From positions 384,001 through 448,000 of the forward strand of contig CAVTTL010000001.1 in the NCBI GenBank assembly GCA_963737635.1: a DNA stretch of 64,000 nt, given 5' to 3'. Shown piece by piece: positions 41,603-50,992 of the stretch (position 1 is its first letter; the number at the start of each line of letters is the position of its first letter). The DNA is from an uncultured Methanoregulaceae archaeon. GTDB lineage: Archaea; Halobacteriota; Methanomicrobia; Methanomicrobiales; Methanospirillaceae. A model generated the notes under the pieces. That model searched no databases and was not told where the DNA came from. It worked only from the letters and a program-made list of their open reading frames with translations. A program made the translations under genes and the position numbers.

Positions 41603-42787
41603 TTATTTTACCGATAATCCGATCATTGTCTCCCACCGGTTCCCCAAAAGATTGATCGGGATATTTGCCATTTGAGCCGGTGTTAATCCCCCAATTCCCT
41701 GATGTGGCCGGATGTAATTGTAATATGTCTGCATCCCGGCTACAAACTCCTCAGCGCCAACTGAGCTATCAAGGCTTCTCATTACCTTCGTCCTCTCTCT
41801 GAAAGTTCCGTTCAAGCGTTCGAGGATATTGTTGTTGGGCTTTGTCTCAAAGTCCTTTAACCGGATGTGTGGGTTCTGGATCGGCTCAGCAATATCGTAG
41901 AACTCGGCTTTAACGGCTTTCTTGTATGCCTGTAGCCCATCGGTGACTATTGCATCAGGTCGTCGGTTCGTAACTTCTTTCGCCTTCTTTAACGGAATAC
42001 GGGCATCTTCCACAAACCTCGTCTCAGTAATCTGGCAAGCCAAGAGGTAGCGCGTCTTCGCATCCATGAGGTTCCAGATCCAGTGATAGTGTTTCTTCTC
42101 ACCCTCTTTCTTGATGAACACCGTCGTTTCATCACAGTGCCAAATGTTGCCTACTTCCGCCTCGTACTTCTCAGCGTATTTTCCGAGTAACTGAGTGTAT
42201 TTCTTGATCCAGCGCATCGGGGTTGTAGGATCAACTTCCCGGTCGTGGAACTGTTGGATGTGATCGCTAATCTTCCTGAGGCTAACGCCTTTAAAATAAA
42301 GGTCGAGAGTGAGCGTGATTACTTTGGGATCGTGCTTTACCCGGCTGAATCCAACATTGATAACAAACCGGTGGTTGCAGTCTTTGCATCCGTACCGCTG
42401 GATCTCTCCATATGAGTTCGCCCTTACCCCTCGCTTTACAGTATTCTTACTTTTACAGATTGGACAGTTGATTCTCCCAATTTCATCACCCTGTATTTTT
42501 TGGGCTTTAATATCAGTTTCTACATCTACTTTAATTTTTAGGGAGAACTGAACGGCGTAAATGTGTTTACAAATAACGTTGCGGGTTTCGTGATCGGGGC
42601 AAGTGCATTTCCAGTCGTGCATGTGATTCCGATCCCGGCCTTTTACAAAGACACGAGAAACCCGGTAGTAAGCATCTTTTGACTGAGAACGCACATCCCA
42701 TTCGTTCTTTCCCATCGATATGATAGTGTCTGGCTCTGAGAGGATTTTTAGACCTCTTAACTCTCTTGGGTTGCTGAACTGATCCAT
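41603..42787 (-). CDS. DDE transposase (IS6-like) with SWIM and zinc-ribbon N-terminal domains
   Basis: SWIM (CTCPD...CKH), CPIC...RYGCKDC, HTH, and catalytic WHCDET, VTDG and NNILER; AAGGAG SD before ATG 42787. Confidence 0.9.
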   Translation of the reverse strand: MDQFSNPRELRGLKILSEPDTIISMGKNEWDVRSQSKDAYYRVSRVFVKGRDRNHMHDWKCTCPDHETRNVICKHIYAVQFSLKIKVDVETDIKAQKIQGDEIGRINCPICKSKNTVKRGVRANSYGEIQRYGCKDCNHRFVINVGFSRVKHDPKVITLTLDLYFKGVSLRKISDHIQQFHDREVDPTTPMRWIKKYTQLLGKYAEKYEAEVGNIWHCDETTVFIKKEGEKKHYHWIWNLMDAKTRYLLACQITETRFVEDARIPLKKAKEVTNRRPDAIVTDGLQAYKKAVKAEFYDIAEPIQNPHIRLKDFETKPNNNILERLNGTFRERTKVMRSLDSSVGAEEFVAGMQTYYNYIRPHQGIGGLTPAQMANIPINLLGNRWETMIGLSVK

Positions 42788-42918
42788 CTTTGTTATCTCC
42801 TTGTTAGTTCTATGTATATACATTGTTCTAACAAGTATTTAATTGTTGTTGTTTTGTTGTAACAAAGATGCAACAATGTTGCGTAGATTTATATACAAAA
42901 TTGAACAAAGTAATTTCC

Positions 42919-43074
42919 ATGACTGGACAAATGGACGTTCACACATCAGCCTATCAGGTGCTTGACAAAACAGTGAAATCTATCGGGAACTCTGGCGGCG
43001 TCTTGGTTCCAAAAAAGTGGGTGGGGAAGAAAGTGAAGATCCTGTTATTGGAAGAAGTGATGGAAGAAGAATAA
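42919..43074 (+). CDS. DUF2080-like (AbrB-fold) transposon-associated protein
   Basis: KTVKSIGNSGGVLVPKKWVGKKV motif; divergent from the transposase. Confidence 0.75.
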   Translation: MTGQMDVHTSAYQVLDKTVKSIGNSGGVLVPKKWVGKKVKILLLEEVMEEE

Positions 43075-43092
43075 GCAATCCTATTTTTCAAG

Positions 43093-43172
43093 TCTCGAGA
43101 AGTTTGGATCTCGAGCAGTGTTTAGAAGGATTCTCGAGCAAATCCAGTCTCGAGTAATTTGAGTCTCGAGAA
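43093..43172. repeat. Array of five TCTCGAG(N)A units with a CTCGAG palindromic core
   Basis: CTCGAG at 43094, 43110, 43133, 43149 and 43165 (spacings 16, 23, 16, 16), just upstream of a TTTATA box at ~43186-43191. Confidence 0.9.
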
Positions 43173-43215
43173 ACAAATGGATAATTTTATAATTTGCTGA
43201 ATGTACGATCATTCT

Positions 43216-44340
43216 ATGGAGCAAACAAAACTTGTAAACGAGATGGAGGAAACAAAAGACGCCGATATTGACATAAAACCCTCTATAAAGTTCTTGAATA
43301 CAAAACAAAAAGAACTCTTCACAACTGTAGTAGATTATAATTTGGGTACATTAGCAAACTTGGTATCACAAGAAATAATTGAGCTATCTCCAAGATTTCA
43401 AAGAAGATCTCGTTGGGACGCAACAAAAAAATCAAAGCTTATAGAATCGTTTTTAATGAACGTTCCAGTCCCTCAGATATTTCTGAATGAAGATTTAACC
43501 GGTAGATATTCGATAATTGATGGGAAACAGAGATTAACTGCCATACATGATTTTTTATACGGTGGATTAATCTTAACTGATTTGGAAGTTTTTAGCGATC
43601 TAAACGGTAAAAATTTTGAAAGTCTTCCGATACAGCATAAATCAACTTTACAAGCAAGAGCAATTCTACGAGCTGTAATTATTTTAAAACAATCCAACAA
43701 GACGATAAAATATGAAGTTTTCCGTCGATTAAATACCGGTGGAGTTGAACTCAATGCTCAGGAAATCCGAAATAGTGTTGCCCCCAGTAAATTTAATGAT
43801 ATGTTACTCGAGGTGTCGGAGAACAAAAAATTCCATAAACTTCTGAATATAAAAGACAAAAATACATCTAAAACCTATCAGGAAATGCTCGACGTAGAAT
43901 TTGTTTTGAGATATTGCACATTTAAAGATATTTGGCAGACTTTTTCTGGGGGAATCGGAAGTAGCATGGATGATTTTATGGATGACAACCAAAAAACTCC
44001 AAAGGACAAATGTAATGAAATGCGAAAAGATTTCTTAAATACATTGGATGTAGTTGAAGCGTGCTTTGGGGAGGATGCATTCAAACGATATTTACCAGAT
44101 AAAGAACGCTGGAGACCAAAGGTTTTGGCTTCGTTATACGATGCTCAAATGTTTGCGTGTAGTGGATTAACTGTCTCTCGAGTAATCCCCCACAAAGATG
44201 AAATTGTAAGCAATTATAAAGAGTTGTTTTCAGATCTGGAGTTCCGCAAAACAATTGACGCTGGTACAAACACCCCGTCATATTTCATAGGTAGGATAAC
44301 CAAGGTTAAAAAGATCATAACAGATGCTATCCGTTGTTAG
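43216..44340 (+). CDS. DUF262 (ParB/Srx-like, GmrS-type) domain protein
   Basis: PRFQRRSRW, LIES...PVP, IIDGKQRLTA and VFRRLNTGG motifs. Start at 43201 or 43216. Confidence 0.88.
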   Translation: MEQTKLVNEMEETKDADIDIKPSIKFLNTKQKELFTTVVDYNLGTLANLVSQEIIELSPRFQRRSRWDATKKSKLIESFLMNVPVPQIFLNEDLTGRYSIIDGKQRLTAIHDFLYGGLILTDLEVFSDLNGKNFESLPIQHKSTLQARAILRAVIILKQSNKTIKYEVFRRLNTGGVELNAQEIRNSVAPSKFNDMLLEVSENKKFHKLLNIKDKNTSKTYQEMLDVEFVLRYCTFKDIWQTFSGGIGSSMDDFMDDNQKTPKDKCNEMRKDFLNTLDVVEACFGEDAFKRYLPDKERWRPKVLASLYDAQMFACSGLTVSRVIPHKDEIVSNYKELFSDLEFRKTIDAGTNTPSYFIGRITKVKKIITDAIRC

Positions 44341-44349
44341 AGGAATATT

Positions 44350-45036
44350 ATGAGACAACCATCTTTTGCTCTCGAGAATTTTAAAAAATCGATTGCAATT
44401 GCTGAGACTTTGCTAACTCGAGAGAGGAGATACAAAGAACCCCTACAAATAAAAAATTTTAAGATAGTTCAAGGTCTCCGGGGAGGTGCGTTGGTATTGA
44501 TGGTGGCATCGTTCGAAAATTACCTCAAAGAGGTGATGGAAGAACGATTGAATGAATTGTCTTCATCTTCAAAATTTAATTTTTCTTCATTACCCCCTAA
44601 AATTATCCAGCATAATCACAAAGTGACTCTCTCTCGATCATTGCGTGCTCCGGACGATTTTGATACCCCTCAAAAAATCTCGAGGTTGGTGACAGCTTCT
44701 GAATTTGTCACATACAAACGGATTAATCCTGAAGCATTCAGTGTTGCTATTAGAAGCAACCCAAATTCGGAAAGACTCGAGGACTTTTTCAAATCAATTG
44801 GACATAAAGATTTTTTTAAGAGAACCGAGGAAAAATATGAAAATAAAGCTGGAAAAAAAACTGATGTCAAAGGTACATTAGATTCTATTATTCGTCAAAG
44901 ACATCTGGTGGCTCATTATGCAAATGCTATTTCCCTGAGTCGATATGAATTAAATGAGTATGTAACGTTTTTAAAAAACCTTTCAGAAATATGTGATGAT
45001 GAATTATATATTAGAATCCAATCACTCAACAAATAG
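44350..45036 (+). CDS. HEPN-domain putative RNase (MAE_28990/RiboL-PSP-like)
   Basis: LV...ASFENYLKE helix, SNP motif, RxxxxH catalytic motif (RHLVAH); GAGG SD; 9 bp after the DUF262 gene. Confidence 0.8.
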   Translation: MRQPSFALENFKKSIAIAETLLTRERRYKEPLQIKNFKIVQGLRGGALVLMVASFENYLKEVMEERLNELSSSSKFNFSSLPPKIIQHNHKVTLSRSLRAPDDFDTPQKISRLVTASEFVTYKRINPEAFSVAIRSNPNSERLEDFFKSIGHKDFFKRTEEKYENKAGKKTDVKGTLDSIIRQRHLVAHYANAISLSRYELNEYVTFLKNLSEICDDELYIRIQSLNK

Positions 45037-45046
45037 ACTCTTTCTA

Positions 45047-45100
45047 AAAAGTCCCGCCATGCAACACCTACCTGAGAAGTCCCGACAACGCAACAGAACC
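45047..45100 (-). repeat. Right terminal inverted repeat (54 bp)
   Basis: Reverse complement of 41105-41158. Confidence 0.95.
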
Positions 45101-45474
45101 GACTAACGTTAGATTCAACAACACAAGGGACTAACATTAATGGACCTGCTATATACGTCACACCTAGCCAAATCTCTACATTTAATCTCAATGATGTCGA
45201 TCTGACCATTAACGGTGTGGATTATGGCCAATATACGATCTCCCAAATATATATCGGCAGTTACAGTTCCTTCACATCCACTCTTACGTTGAATGTCCCT
45301 TCGCAATCAGCACAGACAGAGTTCGATGCAAATGGGGCATGCGTGATATGTAACGCGGTCAGTTCTACTCCGATCACCGTCTATAATCTGGGGATGGGGG
45401 CAGGTGGAATTAACCTTGGACCTATGGCGACTATTTATTACAGCGGTGGAGCGACCGGGTATTCTCTTTCCTGA
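45101..45474 (+). pseudogene. Right TSD plus 3' part of the interrupted pilin/PKD gene
   Basis: After the TSD the frame reads LDSTTQGTNINGPAIYV...VDYGQYTISQ...GYSLS*, in frame with the 5' part. Confidence 0.85.
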
Positions 45475-45695
45475 TCCCTGAATGTTATTTTAAATAATTT
45501 CTTGCATTTTTTTTACTTGTTCTACCTCAGGCACATTCCCTCGGGAAGTAGTTCGGGTTTCGATTCAGCACGATGTTTCAATGGGGGCAGAGGTAAATGA
45601 CTAAGATTCGGCTCTTCAGAAACTCTTGGTTTCCGATCAATTACAAAAACGTATCGACTGAAGGGACAGAGTCCCCTATATTTTAATCAGCTTTT

Positions 45696-47262
45696 TCACC
45701 GTGAGGGATGGGGAATTATATGCGAGTTCCTGCTCACGAGCAGATTATACGCATCGTGTGCCAGGTTATACCGCACCAGCACATTCCGGATCTCAAGCAC
45801 CGCGCCATATGGCGCGGACCCCAGCTCCCGGTTAGACTGGGCGATGTGAAATGCAGGCAGCACTGCATATACCGGTTTTTCTGCTGAACCGTCGCAGAGT
45901 CTAAACAAATGAGTTTCCGCATCTCCGAGATCCTCGGACATTTTCGCCGCCACTATCGTGATCCGTTTTCCCACGTTCAGATGTACTTTGGACAGACGCA
46001 GCGCTTTCGTATCTTTCTGGATGTGACAGGATGCGCGAACCTTCCCATCCTTCCGTAATATTACATAGCTGTACTTGATGTCCGTATTCACGTACCGGAA
46101 CGCCTCATTGCATCCCGCAAGAGTATTCATGATCCGGGTGGGTCGAATTGAGGGAGCGGTCTGAAAACTCCAGCATCGATCCGGAGTGCAGTTCGTGCCC
46201 CAGACGAACGTGCAGGGGGCATAGATCGAGAGACCCTGCTTCTTTAACGCGAGGGCAAGGATACGCAGGCCGGTGGAAGTCGCTTCTTCCGCGGGTTCGA
46301 TTATGAGGAGCGTACCGTCCGGTGCAAGCCGTTCTGCATAGTTCATCACAATATCCGCACGCGCTGCAACCGACAGTCCAGCCAGTTCGTTGAGTACGTT
46401 GGAAAAGATCATCAGATCGACGCTGTCAGGGAGCGGCACGTCCCGGGGGGAGGTGATATCAGACTTCCTTGGAAGACTCTATCGTTACTTGGGGGTCCTG
46501 TAAGATAACACTCCGGGCCAGAGCATCAAATGCTTCGATGTGCTCTTTTGAGCGTTCGACAGAATAGACTGTCGCCCGGGCTGTATCCAGACACATCCAG
46601 AAATCCTCGATGGCAAGAGGTATGACCCCCGGCCCGGTGCCGAGATCGAGGATTGTCATCTGCTGTTTCAGCAGCCCGTCACGGGCAAGCTGCGCAAGAA
46701 GGTGCCGGGCCTGCATGAAGTAGACCGGGAAATGGTACGCAAGGTAGCCGAGCACTGAATAGCCTTTCGTGTACTGGAGCGACCGTTTGTCTGTCGGTTT
46801 CCAGTAATCGTCTTTCTGGGCGACAATCGCGCGGCGGAGCCGTTCGAGAATCACCGGATCAGACCAGTCTTTGCCGGTTTTTCTGGTGATGTACTGCTCG
46901 ATGGCCGTTTCAAGAACAGAAGGCATGGCAGAGAGGGAAAGGTACGCGTTAAGGCGTTTTTCTTCGGCAGTATTCAGGATGTAAGAGTGTGGCGGCAGCT
47001 GCCGCGAAATAGTATAGTCTTCACCGGTCTTTTGTGCGGCAAGACCAAGTCCGGCAAGATGCGGTTGGATCGCCGCATACATCTGCCCGATGGTCAGCGG
47101 TTCGTCAAGATAGGCTGCAATCTCAGAAAGCAGGAAGGCCGGTTTTGTGCCGGACACGTATTTTATCGTTGAAAGAAACTGCTTTGCGGCCATGATCTGC
47201 CGGAATCTTTGCCGCGTGCCCTCATACATCTTTGGATGGCTATCCCTCGTCAGCTCTGCCAC
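45696..47262 (-). CDS. Class I SAM-dependent methyltransferase (Rsm22-like); frameshift near 46470
   Basis: GYLAYHFP and ILDLGTGPG in the 5' ORF; SNVLNEL, LLIIEPA and C..C motifs in the 3' ORF. Confidence 0.75.
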
Positions 47263-47347
47263 CCTTTCCCGCCGTACCTTTCCGGCTACCGCTGATATCC
47301 ATCCAGTTCATGAGCCGGAAAGACAACATGGGTCAGAGGAGTGTGCC

Positions 47348-47578
47348 ATGTTCGATCATTGTCCTGGTGCAGCCAATATACGGACACCGACGCTCGCGAT
47401 AAAAAAGTGCCCGCAGTGCGGGGAGGAAGTCGAACTATTTTCAAACGATGTTTCCGTAAAATGCAGCAAGTGCGAATTTGTGATCTACAATGATATCGCA
47501 TCGTGCGTACAATGGTGCAAGCATGCCCGGGAATGTGTTGGCGAGGAGATGTACCGGAAGCTCACGGAAAAGAGATAG
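47348..47578 (+). CDS. Small Cys-rich zinc-finger protein
   Basis: GAGGAG SD; MFDHCPG...CPQCG...CSKC...CVQWC..A.EC. Confidence 0.65.
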   Translation: MFDHCPGAANIRTPTLAIKKCPQCGEEVELFSNDVSVKCSKCEFVIYNDIASCVQWCKHARECVGEEMYRKLTEKR

Positions 47579-47593
47579 TACGATAAAAGGTCT

Positions 47594-48028
47594 CTAAAAT
47601 ATCCGGTTATTTCCCGGATCCGCACCCATGCTGATGCTCCCCGGGAACCCAGCGATCGCCGTCCCGGCAAAGCTCTTTTTCCAGATCGGTACTCCAGCCT
47701 TTATTGCTTCGATGATAAATCGTGAGCCCTCATACGCTTCCTTGCGGTGTCCTGCGCTAACCACAATAACCAGGATATTCTCACCAATGGCAAGCCGACC
47801 GATCCGGTGAACGATGTCGACAGAGAGCAGGCTGAAGGTCTTTTTTGCTTCATCGGCAATCTTCTCGAGTTCGGGCACGGCAACTTCACTATATGCCTCA
47901 AGTTCCATCTCACGGATATTGTCGTCCCGGACTACGCCGTCGAAAACAACGATTGCCCCGGTTCCATGCCTCTTTGCCGCAGTTATCAGTCTCCTGATAT
48001 CAACATCTTCGGTCTGGATTGCTATCAT
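47594..48028 (-). CDS. moaE: Molybdopterin synthase catalytic subunit MoaE (C-terminus probably frameshifted)
   Basis: GAIVVFDGVVR, HRIG.L, HRKEA and PIWKK motifs. Confidence 0.88.
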   Translation of the reverse strand: MIAIQTEDVDIRRLITAAKRHGTGAIVVFDGVVRDDNIREMELEAYSEVAVPELEKIADEAKKTFSLLSVDIVHRIGRLAIGENILVIVVSAGHRKEAYEGSRFIIEAIKAGVPIWKKSFAGTAIAGFPGSISMGADPGNNRIF

Positions 48029-48039
48029 TGCAGCCCCCG

Positions 48040-48318
48040 TTACCCGCCTGCAACGGGGGGAAACACTGCAATTTCGTCACCATCGGTGACACGGGTCGTT
48101 CCTGCAGCCGCCGTTTCCACACGCTTGCCGTTCTGCATCAGGATCACAAATTCCCTGAATATACCCTTCTCGTCAAAGATTGCCAGGTATCCTTCCTTGT
48201 TCTTTCCTGCAATATCTTTTACAAGTTCGGATAGCACTGTATCCTCCCTGACATCAACCGTTATGTCGGTTCCAAGCAGTTCCCGGAACCGGGCAAAAAA
48301 CCGTACCCTGACCGTCAT
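48040..48318 (-). CDS. moaD: MoaD/SAMP1-like ubiquitin-fold sulfur carrier
   Basis: VRFFA.FRE...FPPVAGG C-terminal GG. Confidence 0.88.
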   Translation of the reverse strand: MTVRVRFFARFRELLGTDITVDVREDTVLSELVKDIAGKNKEGYLAIFDEKGIFREFVILMQNGKRVETAAAGTTRVTDGDEIAVFPPVAGG

Positions 48319-49109
48319 TTTTTCTTCTCTCTCCGTTTTTTTTCTGTATCTGATTCCGGTGAACTGTTTAACTCACAGCCTTCCCCGCACGATGTGCACT
48401 CCGGGTTCCTTTCAACAGCAATTTCTTCTGCGTGCATGGTCATCCCATCCCAGATCAGCAAGCGGTTCGCAAGGAGGTCCCCGGTCCCGAGGAGGTACTT
48501 GAGCACCTCGGTGGCTTGGATCGTACCGATAACTCCCGGTGTCGCACCCACAACCGGAAAAACTTCCTGCGGGGGAGCAGAGGGAAAAATGCAGCGCAGG
48601 CAGGCCGTCTTCTCCGGGAGAATGGTGGTCGCCTGGCCGTAAAATCCCCGTATCGCGCCATGAAAGAGCGGGATCTTCTTTTTCTGGGCGATATCATTGA
48701 GGAGATACCGGATAGGGTAATTGTCCATCGCATCTACAATACCATCGGCGCTGCCGATCAATTGTCCGGTATTCGATTCGTCGATAGTGGTATCGATCAC
48801 CCTGATCGTAATATCGGGGTTGAGTGCCTGCAGTTTTTCTTCAGCAGACGCAGTCTTCTTCCTGCCAATGTCCCGGTCGTAATGCAGGATTTGCCGGTTG
48901 AGATTGGTCTGGTCTACGATATCCTTGTCCACGACAGTAATGGTTCCGACTCCAGCTACTGCAAGGTAGATCGAGATCGGCGATCCCAATCCCCCAGCAC
49001 CGGCAATAAAAATATGAGCCCTCTTGAGGCGTTCCTGCCCGGCATCGCCAAAAAGCATCATCTGGCGTTTGTAACGTTCGCGTTCACGTTCGGAGAGCAT
49101 CTGTTTCAC
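48315..49109 (-). CDS. ThiF/MoeB/UbaA E1-like adenylyltransferase
   Basis: RYKRQ, GAGGLGS, NLNRQ, CLRC and CTSC motifs. Confidence 0.9.
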   Translation of the reverse strand: MKQMLSERERERYKRQMMLFGDAGQERLKRAHIFIAGAGGLGSPISIYLAVAGVGTITVVDKDIVDQTNLNRQILHYDRDIGRKKTASAEEKLQALNPDITIRVIDTTIDESNTGQLIGSADGIVDAMDNYPIRYLLNDIAQKKKIPLFHGAIRGFYGQATTILPEKTACLRCIFPSAPPQEVFPVVGATPGVIGTIQATEVLKYLLGTGDLLANRLLIWDGMTMHAEEIAVERNPECTSCGEGCELNSSPESDTEKKRREKKK

Positions 49110-49142
49110 CTGGTTAAACCGGATCTGGAACGAGTCCTCAGG

Positions 49143-49577
49143 TCAATGCTGGCATTCAGGTTCTTCATCGTGATCGTGTGAATGACTCGAAGTCTCTTTC
49201 CACGGCTCAAGACCGTGTTTTACGCGATAGTCATTTATCGCCTTGTGGATTCCCTCTTCTGCAAGCACTGAACAGTGCATCTTGATCGGTGGTAGACCGT
49301 TCAGGGCCTCGGCAACCGCCTTGTTGGAGAGCTGCCACGCGTCCTCAAGGCTTTTTCCCCTGACAAGTTCGGTTGCCATGCTGCTGGACGCGATCGCCGC
49401 CCCGCAACCGAACGTCTTGAACTTCGCATCGACGACAATATTATTCTCGATTTTCAGGAAGATCTTCATAATGTCGCCGCAGACCGGATTCCCGACCTCC
49501 CCGACGCCGTCCGGGTTCTCGATCTCCCCGACGTTGCGAGGGTTTTTGAAATGATCCATCACCGTTTCGCTATACAT
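49143..49577 (-). CDS. iscU: Fe-S scaffold IscU/NifU
   Basis: HFKNPRNVG, CGD, FGCGAAIASS and KMHCS motifs. Confidence 0.95.
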   Translation of the reverse strand: MYSETVMDHFKNPRNVGEIENPDGVGEVGNPVCGDIMKIFLKIENNIVVDAKFKTFGCGAAIASSSMATELVRGKSLEDAWQLSNKAVAEALNGLPPIKMHCSVLAEEGIHKAINDYRVKHGLEPWKETSSHSHDHDEEPECQH

Positions 49578-50766
49578 TGCATCCTCCGTCTTTTGCCGTT
49601 TTCTGGTACAAGGGAGACATGTCCCTTAGGCGGGACACTACTTTTGGCAGTACCTCGAGCACGACATCGATATCCTCTTCGGTGTTGATATCACCGAGCG
49701 TCAGCCGCAACGACCCATGCGAAATCTCTACCGGGAGGCCGGTGGCAAGCAGGACGTGCGATGGTTCAAGCGAGCCCGATGTACAGGCACTGCCAGTCGA
49801 TGCGCATATGCCTTCGTCGTCTAACCACAGGAGCATGGATTCCCCTTCAATGAATTCAAAGCTAACATTAAGATTCCCTGACAGCCGTTCTGTCGGGTGA
49901 CCGTTAAGGCGGGCATGGGGGATCTTTTCAAGAATGCCTTGAAGGAGCCGGTCGCGCATCTTCTGGATCCGTACATTATGGCCCGCGATATCGGCAGTTA
50001 CAAGTTCGATAGCTTTCCCACAGCCAACGATTCCGGCAATATTCTCGGTACCGGCCCGTTTCTTTCGTTCCTGGCCGCCTCCGTGAATCAGGTTCTCAAT
50101 ACGGACACCGTTCCTGATATAGAGCGCCCCGACCCCTTTTGGGCCATAGAATTTGTGAGCGGAGAGGGAGAGCAGGTCGATATTCTGTGATTTTACATCT
50201 ATGGGTACATTCCCGATCGCTTGGACTGCATCGGTGTGGAAATACACCTTGTGCTTCTGGGCGACGGCCGCGAGTTCCTGGATCGGTTCGATCGTGCCGA
50301 TCTCGTTGTTCGCGTACATGATCGATACGAGAATAGTCTTTTCAGTGATCGCCTTTTCAAGATCTGCCGGATCAACGAGGCCGTACCGATCTACCGGGAG
50401 GTATGTAACCGTAAAACCTTCTTTTTCGAGGAACTGGCAGGTGTGGAGGACAGCATGGTGCTCAATTTTTGTCGTTATAATATGAGTACCCCGTTTCCGG
50501 TTGGCGTATGCGACACCTTTTATCGCCCAATTGTCAGATTCGCTTCCTCCTGATGTGAAATAGACTTCATCAGGTAGTGCCCCAACCGCTTTTGCCACCT
50601 GTGCACGCGCCGTGTCAATCGCTTGTTTCGATTCGCGCGCAATGCCGTAAATCGACGAGGGATTGCCAAAGTGCTGGGTAAAATAGGGCAGCATCGCATC
50701 GACGACCTCTTCCTTTGCGTACGTCGTTGCGGAATGATCCATATAGATGATACGCTGTTTTACCAT
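49570..50766 (-). CDS. iscS: Cysteine desulfurase IscS/NifS
   Basis: DHSATT, GNPSS, SAHKFYGPKG and STGSAC motifs. Confidence 0.95.
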   Translation of the reverse strand: MVKQRIIYMDHSATTYAKEEVVDAMLPYFTQHFGNPSSIYGIARESKQAIDTARAQVAKAVGALPDEVYFTSGGSESDNWAIKGVAYANRKRGTHIITTKIEHHAVLHTCQFLEKEGFTVTYLPVDRYGLVDPADLEKAITEKTILVSIMYANNEIGTIEPIQELAAVAQKHKVYFHTDAVQAIGNVPIDVKSQNIDLLSLSAHKFYGPKGVGALYIRNGVRIENLIHGGGQERKKRAGTENIAGIVGCGKAIELVTADIAGHNVRIQKMRDRLLQGILEKIPHARLNGHPTERLSGNLNVSFEFIEGESMLLWLDDEGICASTGSACTSGSLEPSHVLLATGLPVEISHGSLRLTLGDINTEEDIDVVLEVLPKVVSRLRDMSPLYQKTAKDGGCNV

Positions 50767-50933
50767 GCTCTCTTTCCTTGTGTTCGTGAATATCTGTGCC
50801 CATCGTCTGATTATTCTTTTGTTCCCTGATAATCCGGGCTATCGTTTATTGGCCGCCCTGGTACTTTCCTTTTTCCTCACCGGACCCCGCATGAACAGCG
50901 CAAATTCGATAACGTTTTATGGCCACGCAACAA

Positions 50934-50974
50934 ATTCACAATTGTGAATACAATCTCTTATGTAACAATTGTGA
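50934..50974. promoter_or_regulatory. Putative operator: perfect palindrome ATTCACAATTGTGAAT plus a second ACAATTGTGA site
   Basis: 16-bp palindrome at 50934-50949 and a repeat core at 50965-50974, between divergent iscS and the HTH gene. Confidence 0.6.
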
Positions 50975-50992
50975 TAACTTAAAGGTTGTGAT

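Larger units (their letters stand above)
41105..45100. mobile_element. IS6-like insertion element (3,996 bp) carrying passenger genes
   Basis: Perfect 54-bp TIRs starting GGTTCTGTTGC (as in IS6-family ends such as IS257), 8-bp TSD, DDE transposase, AT-rich cargo; the interrupted host gene is restored in frame on excision. Confidence 0.92.

Noticed and set aside
43093-43172. CTCGAG array as a mini-CRISPR
   Set aside because: The repeat core is only 7-9 bp with 16-23 bp periodicity, far too short for repeat-spacer units, and no cas genes are nearby.
43081-43308. 75-aa minus-strand ORF over the array
   Set aside because: It overlaps the DUF262 start antisense, the repeats fall in different frames, and it has no motif; probably a shadow ORF.
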